From: an uncultured Acidobacteriota bacterium
Lineage (GTDB): Bacteria; Acidobacteriota; Terriglobia; Acidiferrales; UBA7541
Reading direction: 5' to 3'
DNA length: 64,000 bases
Assembly: GCA_963788345.1 (NCBI GenBank)
Contig: CAWBGW010000039.1
Coordinates: 3,310 to 67,309, forward strand
Both the position numbers and the translations under genes were made by a program. The notes beneath the pieces are model-generated. The model did not search any database. It saw only the letters and a list, made by a program, of their open reading frames with translations, and was not told the origin of the DNA. Positions 28,791 through 39,797 of this stretch are shown here, in pieces (within the stretch, counting starts at the first letter, position 1; each line of letters opens with the position of its first letter).

Positions 28791-31216
28791 ATGACCACCT
28801 TCTTGCGTGACATCAAGTTTGGCTTCCGGCTGCTGCTCAAGAATCCCGGCTTCGCTTCGGTGGCCGTGCTCGCTCTCGCATTGGGAATCGGCGCCAACAC
28901 CGCCATCTTCAGCGTCGTCTACGCCACCTTGCTCGCGCCTCTTCCATATCCACATCCGCAGCAATTGGTCATGGTTTGGTCGAAGATTCAGGGAAATCGA
29001 AACGGGGTTGCCGCCGGCGATTTCCTCGATTGGGCCCGCGAGAACAAAACCTTCCAGCAGATGAGTGCGTGGACCGGCACCAGCATCAACCTTGCCGCCT
29101 CCGGCCGGCCCGAGCGCGTTGAGGCTCAGACCAACACGCCGGGCTTCATCGCGATGATGGGATACCCCATACAGCTTGGCCGCGATTTCCTACCCGAAGA
29201 GGGTCAGGTGGGCAGAGACCACGAGGCCATTCTCACGAATCGCGCGTGGAAAAGCCGGTTCGGCAGCGACCGGACCATTGTCGGCCGTCAAGTTCAGATG
29301 AACGGCGAGCCGTACACGATCGTCGGCGTGCTCGGTCCCGGTCCTACCGACCGAATGACGCACGAGCTCTATGTCCCGCTCGCATTCAAGCCCGACCAAA
29401 TCAATCACGATTTCCACTGGCTTCTCGTGATGGGCCGCCTCAAGCCGGGTGTCACTGTGACCCAGGCGAATTCCGACATGGACGCAGTCACTCGCCATAT
29501 CGCCGAAGTCTATCCAAAATCCGACAAAGGCTGGGGTGCCACCGTGGAGCCTCTGAAGGACGATTTCCTCGATCGTGACTTGATTCGCGGTTTGTGGCTG
29601 CTGATGGGGGCTGTCGGTTTCGTCCTCCTGATTGCCTGCGCCAACGTTGCGAACCTGTTGCTTGCCCGCGCCACCACGCGTCAAAAAGAAGTGGCCGTGC
29701 GAGCATCCCTCGGCGCTTCCCGCAAGCGGCTGTTCGGTCAATTCCTCGCCGAGAGTCTCGCACTCGCCGCGATTGGCTGCTTCGTCGGTATCGCCCTCGC
29801 CTGGGGACTTCTGAAATTAATCATAGCTCTTCTGCCGCCGTTTACTTTGCCTTCGGAGGCGGACTTCCGCTTGAACCTGCCCGTGCTGCTTTTCACCGTG
29901 GCGGCCAGTATGATCGCGGGAGTGCTCTTCGGCTGCGCCCCGGCTTGGCAGGCAACGCGAATGAATTTGAATGAAGTGCTCAAGGAAGGCGGACGCTCCG
30001 CGGTCAGCGCGGGCCGGCACGGTTTGCGCCGCACGCTGGTCGTGACGGAGTTCGCTCTCGCGCTCAGTCTGCTCGCCGGGGGCGGGCTCGCGATTCACAG
30101 CCTCTGGAACGTGGCTCACGTCAATCTCGGTTTCCATACCGACCACCTACTCACGTTCTTCCTCCCTGTTCCCGACGGTCACCTCACTGATCCAAATCAG
30201 ATCATTTCGTTCTATCGCCAGTTCATTGAGAAGACGCAAGCGCTTCCCGGCGTCACCTCCGTCTCCGCCTCCGAAGGAATGCCGCTCCAAGGGGTGAACT
30301 TCGGCATGCCCTTCGAAATCGCCGGGAAAAGTGTCGACGATCCATCGCAGCGCCCCGGCGCTGGCTTCAACATGGTGACTCCGCAATATTTCCAGACCTT
30401 CGGCATCACTATCTATCAGGGACGCGCGATAACCGAGCAGGACATCGCAGGCGGCGCCAACGTCGCCGTCGTGAACGAAACCTTCGTGAAGAAGTATTTC
30501 ACGGGCGTCGATCCATTGACGCAGCGGATCAACGTCGAGCAGTTGATTCCCGGCGTCACGAAGCTCGGTCCCTACATCTCGTGGCAGATTATTGGCGTCT
30601 ACCGAAACGTAAAAAACGGCGGCCCGAAAGGCGACGGCTTCCCCGAAATTGACGTCCCCTTCTGGCAGAGTCCCTGGCCGCAGGCAGCCATCGCCGTCCG
30701 CGCTATCGGCGACCCAGCCGCCTTGGGCAAGAGCATCGCCGACATCGCCCAGTCGATGGACCCGGATCTGCCTCTCTCGCAACTCAAGACGATGGACCAG
30801 ATCATCGACGAATCCATGTCTGGCGATCGCTTCTCCGCATTTCTTTTCGGAGGCTTCGCGGGCATGGCTCTGCTCCTCGCTGCCCTGGGAATCTACGGAG
30901 TAATGTCCTTTGCTGTAGCGCAGCGCACTCATGAAATCGGCTTGCGGATGGCGCTCGGCGCGGGCACCAGCCGCGTGATGGGTTTGATCTTGCGCGAAGG
31001 CATGATCCTCGCGTCGATCGGCCTGGCATTGGGCTTCGGCGGCGCCTACTTGGTTGGCCGCGCCATGCACAGCCTGTTCTACAACGTTGGCACCATCGAC
31101 GTTTCCGCTTTCAGCGCCGTCGCCGCATCCTGATGGCATCGGCCTTCCTTGCCTGCTACATCCCAGCACATCGCGCCACCCGCGTCGACCCCATGCAAGC
31201 CCTCCGCCAGGAGTAG
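28791..31216 (+). pseudogene. ADOP-family duplicated ABC-type permease (MacB-like periplasmic domain plus FtsX, twice), frame break 30 codons from the end
   Basis: MTTFLRDIKFGFRLLLKNPGFASVAVLALALGIGANTAIFSV is the typical ADOP/MacB N-terminus. It has two FtsX modules. After ...SAFSAVAA the frame is lost near 31126. The next frame gives ILMASAFLACYIPAHRATRVDPMQALRQE* (stop 31214-31216), the canonical family C-terminus. No ABC ATPase gene is adjacent. Confidence 0.85.
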
Positions 31217-31233
31217 CACCGCTCGCTCGTGCG

Positions 31234-31258
31234 CCACAGTGTCTCTGTGCCTCTGTGG
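31234..31258. repeat. ctctgtgcctctgtgg-type REP hairpin
   Basis: The stem ccacag...ctgtgg encloses tgtctctgtgcct, 18 bp after the permease stop. Related cacagag/ctctgtg motifs occur at about 21690 and 37359-37427. Confidence 0.4.
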
Positions 31259-31336
31259 ACAATCCCCCTCGTCTTGCAATTCCCTCGTCGCGTGCCCTAC
31301 ACTTTTTTCGTGTAATGGTCCCTCGGCGCCGCCAAT

Positions 31337-33189
31337 GTGACGCGCCCGGCCGCGCTGCCGCGCGACGTTCCCACATCAAGTCTCGGAGGTTGGGTGTCCA
31401 CACCACTCGAACATTGGGTTGAAGAATCCGCGCGCCTGACGAAGCCTGACCACATCGTCTGGTGCGACGGCTCGGAAGAGGAGAATCGCGGCCACATTAA
31501 CGGCCTTCTCCACGACGGCATTCTCACCGAGCTCAATCCTTCCACCTATCCGCGCTGCTACCTGAACCGCCGCAACCCGAACGACGTTGCGCGCACCGAA
31601 TCCGTCACTTTCATCTGCACGCGCACGCAAGACGAAGCCGGCCCCACCAACAACTGGATGTCTCCCGAAGACGCCAAAGCCAAAGTTCGCCCCATCCTTG
31701 AAAATTCGATGAAGGGCCGCACCATGTACGTCGCGCCCTACATCCTCGGACCCGAAAATTCGCCGTACAGCCGTCTCGGAGTCGAGATCACAGACAGCCG
31801 TTACGTTGTCGCCAGCATGCGGGTGATGTCGCGCATGGGCAAAGCTGCGCTGCAGCGCATCGGCAACACCGACAATTTCGTTCCCGGCCTGCATGCGCTG
31901 GCCGGAGTTGATCCCCAACGCCGCTTCGTCATGCATTTTCCGGAAGAAAAATTGATTTGGAGTGTCGGCTCGGGCTACGGCGGCAATGCGCTGCTCGGCA
32001 AGAAATGTTTTGCGCTGCGAATCGCCGGTTGGATGGCGCGCTTCGAGGGCTGGATGGCCGAGCACATGCTGATTCTCGGCCTCGAAGATCCCACCGGAAA
32101 AGTCACGTACATGGCCGCCGCGTTTCCCAGCGCTTGCGGCAAAACGAATCTCGCCATGATGGTTTCCGCGCTCGAATCTGAGGGTTATCGCGTTTTCACC
32201 GTTGGCGACGACATCGCCTGGATGCACATCGCCGATCCGACGGCACGCTGCGCGCCATCAATCCCGAAGCCGGTTTCTTCGGCGTCGCGCCCGGCACCAA
32301 CATGCAGACGAATCCCAATGTCATGGCCGCTCTGCGCCACGACACGATTTTCACCAATGTCGCCGTGTCGCCGGCGCTCGAGCCCTGGTGGGAAGGCATT
32401 GGCACGCCTCCGCCCGCGGGCTTGATCGACTGGAAGGGCGAAAAGTGGTCGCCGGATAAAGGACCGGCCGCGCATCCGAACGCGCGCTATACCGTTCCCG
32501 CGAAGCAATCGCCTTCGATTTCGCCCCACTGGGAAGATCCCGCGGGCGTTCCCATCTCCGCGATTATTTTCGGCGGACGCCGCGCGCGCGTCGCGCCGCT
32601 CGTCTACGAATCGCGCAACTGGCAGCACGGCGTTTTCGTCGGCGCGACGATGGCCTCGGAAACCACCGCCGCCGCGACAGGCGCCGTCGGCGTCACGCGC
32701 CGCGATCCCATGGCCATGCTTCCCTTCTGCGGCTACAACATGGCCGACTATTTCGGCCACTGGCTCGCGATGGGCCCGAAAATCAAGCACGCTCCCAGAA
32801 TTTTCCACGTGAACTGGTTCCGCAAGGATGCCGACGGAAAATTTCTCTGGCCAGGGTACGGTGAAAATGTCCGCGTGCTGAAGTGGATGCTCGACCGCAT
32901 CGAAGGCCGCGCCGCCGCGAACGAAACTCCGATCGGCTTGGTTCCCACGCCCGAATCGCTCACGCTCGACGGCCTCTCGATTTCGCGCAGCGCGCTCGAC
33001 GAGCTGCTGCGCGTCGATCCCGCCGACTGGCTCGAAGAATCCCGCGCCACCGCCGAATTCTTCGCCAAATTCGGCGACCGCCTCCCCGCCCCCATCCGGC
33101 AGGAGCAAGAAGCCCTGGCGAGTCGCCTCCAACGCAGCACTGCTCGCCCAGAGTCTCCCGAAGGGGGACGAAGGGTCGGCGTCAAATAG
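31337..33189 (+). pseudogene. pckG: phosphoenolpyruvate carboxykinase (GTP), one frame break
   Basis: The N-terminal half reads ...VWCDGSEEE...GPTNNWM...YVAPYILGP...GSGYGGNALLGKKCFALRIA...AAAFPSACGKTNLAMM... After ...DDIAWMHIADP it switches frame (about 32237) to DGTLRAINPEAGFFGVAPGTN...NARYTVP...FGGRR...VNWFRKD. Confidence 0.92.
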
Positions 33190-33221
33190 CACCTTCCTGC
33201 CCTATTCTTTCTTTGCCTGTA

Positions 33222-33376
33222 GAGGCACGGCATGCCGTGCCCGCCTCACAGGAGCGCCGTAGGCGTGACCCACGGCCGCTGTAAAATAGCGCCGCCTAAG
33301 CAGTGTTGCCATTCCGAGCGGAGCCGCGCGCGGTTTGCCTGTCGTCCCGGTCGCCTTTACCGGGACGCGCGCGGCG
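33222..33376. repeat. cluster of REP-like GC-rich palindromes
   Basis: It has a perfect 18-bp palindrome ggcacggcatgccgtgcc (33224-33241). It also has the motif cattccgagcggagc followed by the nested hairpin ccgcgcgcgg...gtcccgg-tcgccttta-ccgggac...cgcgcgcgg (33323-33376). Confidence 0.5.
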
Positions 33377-33479
33377 CAGAGAGGGACCTGCTTTTTCTCA
33401 GATTATTCCTGTACATGGTTTCGCACCCGCCCCAAAGATTAGCTTCCTTTGAATAATCTTCTAAATTAACCTCGCCGTA

Positions 33480-34950
33480 ATGGAACCGACCCTTCAACCC
33501 GAATATCGCTCGCCCATCGCGCGGCTTGGAACCTTCCTCCGCGATTTTCTTCCCGAACAGAACCTCCAGCTCCTCTTCCCGCTCGCTAGCTTCTTGCTCC
33601 TTCTCGGCGCATCCCATCCTTGGTATCGCTTTCCGATCAGCGGGGTGCGTTTCGATACGCTGGCCAATCAGGCTCAAGCGGAGCAGTTCAACCGCTCGAC
33701 CAACGCTTGGGCTGGATGGGAGCAGCTCGGGCCGGAACTCTTGGTGCGGTTCGCATTTTTCGCAAGCATAGTTCTTTGGACCCTGCCGCTCCGCAAGGCC
33801 ATATCGAGGTTTGGAGGCTGGGTCTACCTTCCCGCGAGCCTTGCCGTCATAGGCTATCCCGCGTTTCTCGCCGCCACAGCGGTGCGGCGGAATGCCGCGC
33901 TGGATGCTTTTGTAAGTTCGGTCCACCTGCCGATTTCAGTCACGCACTCCTGGCTACGACTTCTCGGTGATGGTCTTTATCTGACGCTAGGTGGCCTGAT
34001 CGTTTTGGGCGTAGCGCTTTTGCTTGTGTGTCAAGGGAAAGTGTCTCTCCCGCTGCGCTTTCGCGACCCCGCGCAAGTCCAAGGACCAATCGGCACTGAA
34101 ACATCGCGCGACGAACGCGATGTTTTCTCGCTCGTCATCGGGACTCGTTATCTGGGCCGCAATAAGTTCGGTTGTCCTCCTTCTCCCCGGTATGCTCGGA
34201 AAGCCCCTCTCGTGGTCTGGAAGCTTTTCGGCATACGAGTGGTTGCCCGCTCTAGCCACTGCGGCGGTGTCAGCATGGATCGCTCTTCTCCTCTTTCGCG
34301 GACAGGCGTATGAATTCGTCCGCGTTTTTATTCGGAAACAGCCATTCCAAGAATATGCGTTCGCAGTGGCGATACCTTTCATTGCCGTTGTGGCTCCGCG
34401 AATACTTTTTAGGGTGTTCAGTGATTTGCCACTCTCTCCGATCGGCTCCGGTGGATGGTCCGAACTTCTCCCTGGGCCGCTTCCGCGGATTCTCGTTGTT
34501 TACGCGATCGCTCTATTCGAGGAAGTCACCCTGCGCGGCTATCTTCAGGGCACGCTCGAAAAGCATTTCTCTCTCAAGAGGTCGATTTTCCTAACAGGAC
34601 TGCTTTGGGCCATTTTGCCTCTAGGCTACGGCACGGCACTATCCTTGCCGCCCGGCAACTATGTGCGGATTCCCGGCGTGCCTTTTCTGATTCTCGCCGC
34701 AGTGCAGATCATCTACAGCATCCCGCTAGGTTGGCTATTCGCCCGGACGGGTTCGATCCTTCCGGTCGCGCTGATGCATGGAACGATAGCTCTCTTCCAT
34801 TTGGGATACGGCCACGACATCCATATCAACTATCCGCAGTTCTACTGGGTGGAGCTGGCGCTCTGGATTTTCATCGGTTGGTATCTGTTCAAGAAGTACC
34901 CGCTGCAGAGCACTGAAGCACCTCGCGAACCAGAAGTCGCTCCAGCCTAG
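33480..34950 (+). pseudogene. polytopic membrane protein with C-terminal CPBP (CAAX/Abi) intramembrane glutamic protease domain, probable frame break
   Basis: The C-terminal part has the CPBP motifs ALFEEVTLRGYL (EExxxR) and ALMHGTIALFH. The N-terminal 4-TM part (33480-~34110) is in another frame and overlaps by 290 bp if read as a separate ORF. Either there is a frame change near 34110 or the CPBP gene starts at ATG 34111. GC is lower than in the flanks. Confidence 0.65.
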
Positions 34951-35550
34951 GTTCGCCTTCGCGCTTCTCACATGTCTTCGCGGGCGCCCCAGTATTCCTT
35001 GCATCACCCCTTGAAAACAGCCCATCGCCAGCTAAGATGGTTGCCGCAACCGGCGTCACAATGATGGCTTCCGTAATCTGCTCGGCATACAAAGCAATTT
35101 GCGCGCGGCGCCGCCGGATCGCCGATTCTGTGCTATGAACTAAGATGGCCGCTCTTTGGCCAGGAAGAAGCAGACATGCACACGGAGGCTGTGTAGGGAG
35201 GAAGGTCTAATCGCCAAACGCGGTTATTAGAAACCATGCTAAATCATTGGAAACAAAGAATGGCCACCGCCCCTAATCGCCAAATACCCCCCCTCCAGCG
35301 TTGTTGCGCCGGGCACGCACGTCCCAGCACCTCTCGCGGGCGTAATCAGCGCCTTTTCCTTAGCCTCTATTACCTCATCCACTTCCTCTACGTCCATTTT
35401 CGCGGAGGCGAAAAAAAAGCCCTGGCCGCCGTGGCGGCTAATCGCGACAACCCCACATTCAAAATTCGCCCCAATCTCATGAAAACACATCACATGACAA
35501 TTTCTAATCGAGACAAAAACACCATATTCCCTTTGCATTACTTTCGCCCC

Positions 35551-37345
35551 ATGTGGCTGACAATCGCCGCCGCAATCGTTGCCCTTGCAGCGTCGGGCGC
35601 CCCGCAGCAGTCTCGGCAATCGAAGGCGTCGCAACAATCCAAGGCGGACCAAGCTCCGCCGGTCGTCTCCGACGCTTCCGCCGCTGCCGCCGCTGACCAT
35701 ATCGAAAACCGATGTGGTTCCCGATCTTGCGCAGCGCGTGGCGAAATTTAAGCGCTTCAAGATTCCGTTTCGTTCGCAGGACATGACGCACAACCAGCGC
35801 AGAATGGTCATCAAGCTGGTGGACGCGGCCGGCCTGCTCGATTGCATCTTCTGGCGGCAGAGCGATCCCGAGGGGCTGCAACTCTACGTCTCTCTCGCGA
35901 AAAGCAAAAACCCGCAAGACATGCTGCTGCGCGAATACCTGAAAATCAACGGCAGCCGCTTCGATCAGGTCGACGACAATAAGCCGTTCGTCGGCGTGCA
36001 GCCCATGCCGCCAGGCCGCGGATTTTTCCCCGAGGATCTGACCCGCGAACAATTCGACGCCTACGTCGGCGCTCATCCCGCCCAGAAGGCGCTGCTCTAC
36101 GATCCGTTCACAATCGTCCAGCGGAAAGACGAGTTCCTCGAAACGGTGCCGTATCACGTCGCCTTCAAGGATTTTCTCGACCTGATGGCGCAGGATTTGC
36201 GCGATGCCGCCGACCTGAGCGACGATGATCCCGCGTTCGCGAAATTCCTTCGGCTGCGCGCCGCCGCTCTGCTGAACGACGATTATTTTTCGAGCGATCT
36301 CGCCTGGCTCGACCTGAATAATCCGAAGATCGACATCGTCTTCGCGCCTTATGAAACCTATCTCGATTCCCTGCTCGGCGTGAAAACCTCCTACGGCGCG
36401 GCCGTGATGATCCGCAACGAGGAGGAAAGCCAGAAGCTCGCCGTGTTCCAGAAGTACGTCCCGGATTTGCAGGAGGCGCTGCCGCTTTCGCCGGAAGACT
36501 TGCCGTCGAAGCGCGGGAAGCAGTCGCCGATGGAGGTGATGGACGCCATCTATCGCGCCGGAGATTTGCTGCACGGCTACCAGGCCGTTGCCGACAATCT
36601 GCCGAACGATCCCCGCGTGCACGAACAGAAAGGCTCGAAGAAAATCTTCTGGAAGAATTTCATGGACGCGCGCGTGAATTTCATCATCCTGCCGCTCGCG
36701 CAGCGAGTGATGCGCCAGAGCCAGGCGACGCTGGCCACCGGCGAGGGCTATCTCGACACGACGATGATGCACGAAATCGCGCACGGACTCGGCCCTGCCT
36801 ACGCGCGGACTCCCACGGGCCAAATCGATATCCGCGAGGCCATCGGCCCGCAATATTCGGCACTCGAAGAATCAAAGGCCGACATCGTCGGCATGTTCGG
36901 CTTGAAGTGGCTGATCGATCATGGCGCGCTGCCGAAAGAAAAAGAGCAGATGTTCTATGCGTCGTATGTAGCGGGAATTTTCCGCTCGGTGCGGTTTGGA
37001 ATCGCGGAAGCGCATGGCCAGGGCGAAATGATGGAGTTCAATTATTTGCTCGAGCAGGGAGCGGTTCGCGCCGCGCCTGGACTGGGCGGCGTCTACGAAA
37101 TCGATTTTGACAAGATTCCCGCGGCGATTGCGTCGCTGGCCAAGGAATTGCTCGAGCAAGAAGCCACCGGCGATCGCGCGCGAAGCGAAGCGTGGTTCAA
37201 AAAGTATGCTGTGATGCCGCCGGAACTTTCCGCGATCCTCGCGAAAACCACCGACATCCCCATCGACGTCGATCCGGATTTTTCGTTCAATCCTCCGCTG
37301 ACGTTGATTGCGCCGGTGCCGACGCCCCCGCCAGTAAAAGACTGA
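35551..37345 (+). pseudogene. peptidase family M49-like (dipeptidyl-peptidase III family) zinc hydrolase with N-terminal anchor, one frame break
   Basis: The zinc-binding motifs HEIAHGLG and EESKADIVG are present. The conserved region extends upstream of the first in-frame ATG. The leader MWLTIAAAIVALAASGAPQQ... (ATG 35551) is in the adjacent frame and joins near 35700. Confidence 0.8.
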
Positions 37346-37358
37346 ACGAGCAGAAGGA

Positions 37359-37427
37359 TTCACCGCAGAGACCCGCCCAACGAGACGGCGGGCAGGCCGC
37401 AGAGGGCGCAGAGGAGGCCCCTGCGGC
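37359..37427. repeat. REP-like element of the cacc/gcagag family
   Basis: ttcaccgcagagacccgcc...ggcgggcaggccgcagagggcgcagaggaggcccctgcggc has the stems cccgcc/ggcggg and gccgcag/ctgcggc. It lies between convergent genes. Confidence 0.4.
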
Positions 37428-37430
37428 AAA

Positions 37431-37688
37431 TCAGAGGATCGATTGGATCGACGAATCGATCGAGACGTGGGTCTGCGGAAAGCCGTCGATTTCGTAGCTG
37501 GCGCCGACCGCCCGGCTGAAATGAAAAAACCGGCCGATGTGGTAATCCTCGTCGAAGATGCTGAAAACGTCTTCAATTTCCTCGCGCGAGAATCCGAGCG
37601 ACGCGAGCGCCACCTCGCGCCCGTAGCCGCCGGACGCCGCGAGATATTTTTCGATCACGTCTTTCAGTTGCACTTTAGATCCAGACAT
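37431..37688 (-). CDS. hypothetical protein (85 aa)
   Basis: MSGSKVQLKDVIEKYLAASGGYGREVALASLGFSREEIEDVFSIFDEDYHIGRFFHF... Its ATG lies inside the end of the upstream gene (tATGTCTGGATCTAA), which indicates translational coupling. Confidence 0.5.
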   Translation of the reverse strand: MSGSKVQLKDVIEKYLAASGGYGREVALASLGFSREEIEDVFSIFDEDYHIGRFFHFSRAVGASYEIDGFPQTHVSIDSSIQSIL

Positions 37689-38292
37689 ACGCACCTGCTT
37701 CTCCATACGGCAAATTCATGAACGTCACGCCCGCCTGGTCAATTTTTTCGAAAGCCTTGCGCAACTTTCGCGCGCCGTGCGCGGCACAGAGCATCTCACC
37801 TTTCGAGTCGCGAATCCGCTGCACTTCGCCGAGGCTCCCTACTTCCGAGGACGAAAACCAGAGCCATGTAGCCGGTCTTGCGCAGGCGGAGCAGGTTTCG
37901 TCGTTCCATTTCAGCCGCTTCTCGATAGCTTCCTCGACCTCCGGCGTCAGCCCGACCGGCGCGAAATCAGGCGCTGCCGCAAAGAAGTATTGCGTGAAAC
38001 TCGGGTCGGGCTCAAACGCCACAACTCGGCCTTCGAACTTCGCGATCTCGGCGGCGGCAACGTCCAGCAGGCACTCGCGGCATAGCAGGACCTCCGGCCG
38101 CAGCGGCATGCGGCGAATTTCGCTCCGGCCGATAAAGTACACGATATCGGGCAATAGCGTCGCCCTCCAGGGCGAGCCGCGATGCACATGGACACATTCG
38201 GGAGCGGTGCCTTTCAGGCGCGCCCACCAGTTGCGGCTGCGCGGCGAAAACTCGATGTCGGGATATGCGGTGTCGCAGGAAATTGCGGGCAA
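37675..38292 (-). CDS. hypothetical Cys-rich protein (about 205 aa, start uncertain)
   Basis: It has Cys pairs LLCRECL and CSACARP plus LCAAHG, which suggest a zinc-binding fold. The ORF-track start is TTG 38292 and the first ATG is 38109. No family was recognised. Confidence 0.5.
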   Translation of the reverse strand: MPAISCDTAYPDIEFSPRSRNWWARLKGTAPECVHVHRGSPWRATLLPDIVYFIGRSEIRRMPLRPEVLLCRECLLDVAAAEIAKFEGRVVAFEPDPSFTQYFFAAAPDFAPVGLTPEVEEAIEKRLKWNDETCSACARPATWLWFSSSEVGSLGEVQRIRDSKGEMLCAAHGARKLRKAFEKIDQAGVTFMNLPYGEAGAYVWI

Positions 38293-38468
38293 GCTTTTTG
38301 CGGCTCCTTACTTCCAGGAGCTAATCCTAGCAGATTTGATTTTCGATTGCCGCGAGGCAAACGCCGCGCGGACCGGCGGAGGCTTTGTGGGCCGGCGCGC
38401 GTTCGGCTATCATTGCTTTCGGGTACATGGCTTGCCAGTTTATTGCGCTCTAAAAGGAGGAATTTAGA

Positions 38469-38927
38469 ATGGCGATTTCCGTGGGAACGGCGGCTCCGGA
38501 GTTTACGTTGAAGGATCAGAACCAGAAGGAAGTGAAGCTTTCGGACTACAAGGGCAAGAACGTCGTCATCATTTTCTATCCGCTCGATTGGAGCCCGGTG
38601 TGCACGAACGAGCACGCGTGCTTTGTGAACGATATGAAGCGCTTCGAGCAGCTCAATGCGCAGGTGCTGGGAATCAGCGTCGATAGCGCGTGGTCGCACA
38701 AAGCGTTCGCCGAGAAAATGGGGATTCACTATCCGCTGCTCGCGGATTTTCAGCCGCGCGGCGCGGTGGGCGAGAAATTCGGCGTGTTTCTCGCCGACAA
38801 GGGAATTACGGGTCGCGCGATCGCCATCGTGGATCGCAACGGAAAAATCGGCTGGTTCAAGAATTACGATATTCCGGTGGTGCCGGATATCAAGGAAGTG
38901 GCGGACGCCCTGGCGAAACTGAACTAA
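38469..38927 (+). CDS. peroxiredoxin (AhpC/TSA, redoxin family)
   Basis: APEFTLKDQNQKEVKLSDYKGKNVVIIFYPLDWSPVCTNE carries the peroxidatic Cys motif. An RBS aaggagg lies upstream. Confidence 0.9.
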   Translation: MAISVGTAAPEFTLKDQNQKEVKLSDYKGKNVVIIFYPLDWSPVCTNEHACFVNDMKRFEQLNAQVLGISVDSAWSHKAFAEKMGIHYPLLADFQPRGAVGEKFGVFLADKGITGRAIAIVDRNGKIGWFKNYDIPVVPDIKEVADALAKLN

Positions 38928-38950
38928 ACGCGACGCCCGGTGAATCGCTG

Positions 38951-39457
38951 CTAACGCGGCGGCGCAGCGGTTTTCTGGTTTGCGAATGTGCGGATGTAGT
39001 CCACCACCTGCCAGCGTTCAGTGTCGTTCAGCTTGTCCTCGAACGCGGGCATCGGTTTGTGACCGTGCGTGATTTTCCAGAAGAGTTCGCCGTCGGAGAG
39101 GCGGCTGATTTCCGCCGCGTTCGTGAAATCGCTGGGCATCACGGAGAGCTCGCTGGCGCGGTCCCCTTTGCCGTCGCCGTTTTCGCCGTGGCAGCTCTTG
39201 CAATTCTTCGAATAAATGAACATTCCTTCATCGATCGCGGACTCGGTGGCCGGCACGGGATTTCGCATCTTCTTGGCAACCGCGGGGACGTTCCACTGGG
39301 TGAGCGAATAGATCACGGCCGCGCCGCCAGCGGTCAAAATAAGGAACAAAGCAAGGATGAATCGCGGTCCGATTTCTCTTTGGCGTTGGTTGCTGAGCCA
39401 CGGGTTTCTCTGAGAGTGCGTGTTGAGCGCTCGGGAAATTCTCGCACGGCGACTCAA
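38951..39457 (-). CDS. membrane-anchored c-type cytochrome
   Basis: It has an N-terminal TM helix, the haem-binding CKSCHG motif and a distal Met context (HKPMPAF). Confidence 0.8.
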   Translation of the reverse strand: MSRRARISRALNTHSQRNPWLSNQRQREIGPRFILALFLILTAGGAAVIYSLTQWNVPAVAKKMRNPVPATESAIDEGMFIYSKNCKSCHGENGDGKGDRASELSVMPSDFTNAAEISRLSDGELFWKITHGHKPMPAFEDKLNDTERWQVVDYIRTFANQKTAAPPR

Positions 39458-39487
39458 ATTCTACAAATCAGCGGGAGAGCGAGGGGT

Positions 39488-39787
39488 TCAGTGTACGGCG
39501 TGCATGGCGCGAAGCACCGAAATCAAGACGATTACCAGCATGATCACGACGTAAGCGCGAAGTCCCCACAACAGCACTCGAACGCCAACCGAAAGATTGC
39601 GCTGCCCGAAATGAGTTCGCCGCTTCGCCGCGACCACCTGGTCCGCTTCGAGCAGCGACAAAACGAGGCGAGGATCCTTCAGGTCCGGCTGCGCCGTAGC
39701 GGCAGCAACCGCTTCGAGTTCGTTTTCCTCTCGAACGGCGGCATCGGCCGGAATCGGTCTGGTTGTGTCATTCATGTGAGAGTCCAT
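39488..39787 (-). CDS. small tail-anchored membrane protein, unknown function
   Basis: MDSHMNDTTRP... with a C-terminal TM helix (LRAYVVIMLVIVLISVL). It sits between the Nramp and cytochrome c genes on the same strand. Confidence 0.4.
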   Translation of the reverse strand: MDSHMNDTTRPIPADAAVREENELEAVAAATAQPDLKDPRLVLSLLEADQVVAAKRRTHFGQRNLSVGVRVLLWGLRAYVVIMLVIVLISVLRAMHAVH

Positions 39788-39797
39788 ATTCTTTGGA

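Noticed and set aside
34889-35847. Short minus-strand ORFs (34889-35092 and 35239-35847) in the low-GC gap.
   Set aside because: They have no start or RBS context, no motif I can name, and partly overlap the M49 gene leader. A vague resemblance to GIY-YIG C-termini was too weak to report.
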